NCBI GenBank assembly: GCA_963709605.1
Contig: CAVPWX010000015.1
Location: 72,684 to 136,683, forward strand
DNA from: an uncultured Chloroflexia bacterium
GTDB lineage: Bacteria; Chloroflexota; Limnocylindria; Limnocylindrales; CSP1-4
Direction of reading: 5' to 3'
Length of the DNA stretch: 64,000 nucleotides
The notes beneath the pieces were generated by a model that did not search any database, had not been told where the DNA came from, and saw nothing but the letters and a program-made list of their open reading frames with translations. The position numbers and the translations under genes are program-made. Position 1 is the stretch's first letter. Each line of letters opens with the position of its first letter. Of the stretch, positions 62,547 through 64,000 are shown piece after piece.

Positions 62547-64000
62547 CTACGCGATCCGGATGAGGACCAGGGCGTCGATCGCGACCGCCGCGAACAGCAC
62601 CGTCAGGTAGCTGATCGAGAACTTGTAGAGCCGGATCGCCCCGGCGGTGGTCCCTTCGACGCTCACTGTGCGGGCGAGCTTCGCGGCCTGCCACAGGAAG
62701 ATGGCGCCCATCACCACGGCGGCCACGAGGTAGATGAGGCCCATCCGCGCGACGGCGAAGAAGATGAGGCTGATCGCGACGAGCAGGATCGTGTAGAGGA
62801 GGATCTGGCGCGTCGTCTCGGCCGTGCCCCGCACAACGGGGAGCATCGGCACGCCGGCGGCGGCGTAGTCCTTGGCGATCCGCATCGAGAGCGCCCAGAA
62901 GTGGGGCGGCGTCCAGTAGAAGACGATGGCGAAGAGGAGGAGCGCCGGGACCTCCACGCGCCCGGTCACCGCCGCCCAGCCGATGACCGGCGGGAGCGCG
63001 CCCGCCGCGCCGCCGATCACGATGTTCTGGGTCGAGGTGCGCTTCAGGATCATCGTGTAGACGACGACGTAGAAGGCGATCGCCAGCAGCGTCAGGAAGG
63101 CCGCGACGAGGTTCACGAAGTAGGCAAGCAGGGCGATCGAGATGATCCCCAGCACGATCCCGAAGACGACCGCCTGCTCGGGCTCGACCGCCTGCGCCGG
63201 GAGCGGCCGGCGCCGGGTCCTCGCCATGAGGAGGTCGATGTCGCGATCGAGGTACTGGTTGATCGCGTTGGCGCTCCCGGCGGCCAGCGTCCCGCCGACG
63301 AGGGTCCAGACGACGAGCCATACCCAGTCGACCCAGTCGACGCCGGGGAGGTCGCGGGTGGCCAGGACCATCGCAGGGATGGTGGTGATGAGGAGCAGCT
63401 CGATGATCCGGGGCTTCGTCAGGGCTACGTAGGCGCGCACCGTGTCACCGACGCGGCGCGCCGGCTCGGGCCCGGCGACGACGACCGGCTCGGCCCCGGG
63501 CCCGACGGCTGCGGCCGCGGCGTGCTGGACCCCCGCGCCGCCCGGAGCCCCCGTGCCGGCGACCGGCACGCCGGGCGGGACGGTGGCCCGCGCCCCGTAG
63601 TAGCTCACGAACGTGGCCCCCGCGGCAGCGGTCCAGATGAAGGCCGCCAGCGCGACGTGGAGCGTCTGCGTCCACGGCGCCAGCTGCGTCCAGACCTGGA
63701 GCGCCCCCACCACCGCCTGCAGCGGGTAGAGCAGCGCGGCGATGGTGACCAGCCAGAGGAGCGACCGGCTCACTCGCCCGGACCAGCGGCGGCGCCAGGC
63801 GGCGATCCACGTCCCGGCCAGGACCACCCCCACGACGACCCCGACGTAGCGGTGGAGCGCATGCGTGAAGGCCAGGGTCGCGGTGTCCGCCGGCATCTCG
63901 CCGAACGGCGGGACGATCGCGCCACCCATCAGCGGCCAGTCCGGGAAGACGAGGGCCGCATCGAGCGCGGTCACGTTGGCCCCGAAGACGAGGAGCGCGA
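62547..64000 (-). CDS. ctaB: Fused heme A synthase (CtaA/COX15-like, partial) and protoheme IX farnesyltransferase (CtaB); 5' end lies outside the window
   Basis: The C-terminal 300 aa are CtaB (ALTKPRIIELLLITT...NQYLDRDIDLLMARTRRRPLP...YTMILKR...FYWTPPHFWAL). The upstream part in the same frame is CtaA-like (FPDWPLMGG...THALHRYVG...QTLHVALAAF). The frame remains open to base 64000. Confidence 0.85.
   Translation of the reverse strand, partial: ALLVFGANVTALDAALVFPDWPLMGGAIVPPFGEMPADTATLAFTHALHRYVGVVVGVVLAGTWIAAWRRRWSGRVSRSLLWLVTIAALLYPLQAVVGALQVWTQLAPWTQTLHVALAAFIWTAAAGATFVSYYGARATVPPGVPVAGTGAPGGAGVQHAAAAAVGPGAEPVVVAGPEPARRVGDTVRAYVALTKPRIIELLLITTIPAMVLATRDLPGVDWVDWVWLVVWTLVGGTLAAGSANAINQYLDRDIDLLMARTRRRPLPAQAVEPEQAVVFGIVLGIISIALLAYFVNLVAAFLTLLAIAFYVVVYTMILKRTSTQNIVIGGAAGALPPVIGWAAVTGRVEVPALLLFAIVFYWTPPHFWALSMRIAKDYAAAGVPMLPVVRGTAETTRQILLYTILLVAISLIFFAVARMGLIYLVAAVVMGAIFLWQAAKLARTVSVEGTTAGAIRLYKFSISYLTVLFAAVAIDALVLIRIA

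Overview
This is a very GC-rich bacterial chromosomal window, about 70% GC by eye. The gene content includes F420-type LLM oxidoreductases, Ni-SOD with its protease, a DarA c-di-AMP receptor, LysM and SpoIID wall proteins, GH57 glycogen genes and a fused heme A/heme O synthase. That mix suggests an Actinomycetota- or Chloroflexota-like organism, but this is inference only. I can support about 55 protein genes, one tRNA-Gly(UCC), one IS1634-type transposase remnant and several tandem or dispersed repeats. Many long Arg/Pro/Gly-rich ORFs in the six-frame track are antisense artefacts of the high GC content and are not called.

- **Layout:** ABC-2 exporter (1-1.3 kb). A mosaic accessory region anchored on tRNA-Gly (3.0-11.3 kb). 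GH18/SRPBCC (11.4-14.3 kb). A glycogen cluster with glgA, glgP and two GH57 genes (16-23.5 kb). Assorted housekeeping and hydrolase genes (23.7-36.5 kb). sodN-sodX (36.6-37.7 kb). Two LLM oxidoreductases around a SIS gene (38-41.7 kb). A MarR-MFS-Rieske operon (41.8-44.6 kb). A SpoIID/FG-GAP wall protein. LOG and ACT genes. A three-subunit molybdenum hydroxylase (48.7-52.3 kb). xthA. An IS remnant (55.9 kb). DarA, a Rieske oxygenase, a beta-CASP RNase and an HTH-nuclease-like gene on one strand (56.2-60.6 kb). ZIP and YczE-like transporters. A ctaA-ctaB fusion running off the right edge.
- **Most unusual observation 1:** Four copies of the tRNA-Gly 3' half (one intact tRNA plus three fragments that share an extra 68-nt arm) delimit three 2.3-3.0 kb cassettes. 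No integrase is present in the window.
- **Most unusual observation 2:** A roughly 180-nt sequence occurs twice, each time ending exactly at the start codon of an unrelated gene.
- **Most unusual observation 3:** Several tandem repeats of 16, 12, 24, 34-36 and about 58 nt sit in intergenic regions. One of them reiterates the stop-codon end of a gene four times.
- **Most unusual observation 4:** The window carries a high load of apparent frameshifts, including in lysA and sodX. These need read-level verification.

No canonical defence system, CRISPR array, rRNA or intact mobile element is visible.
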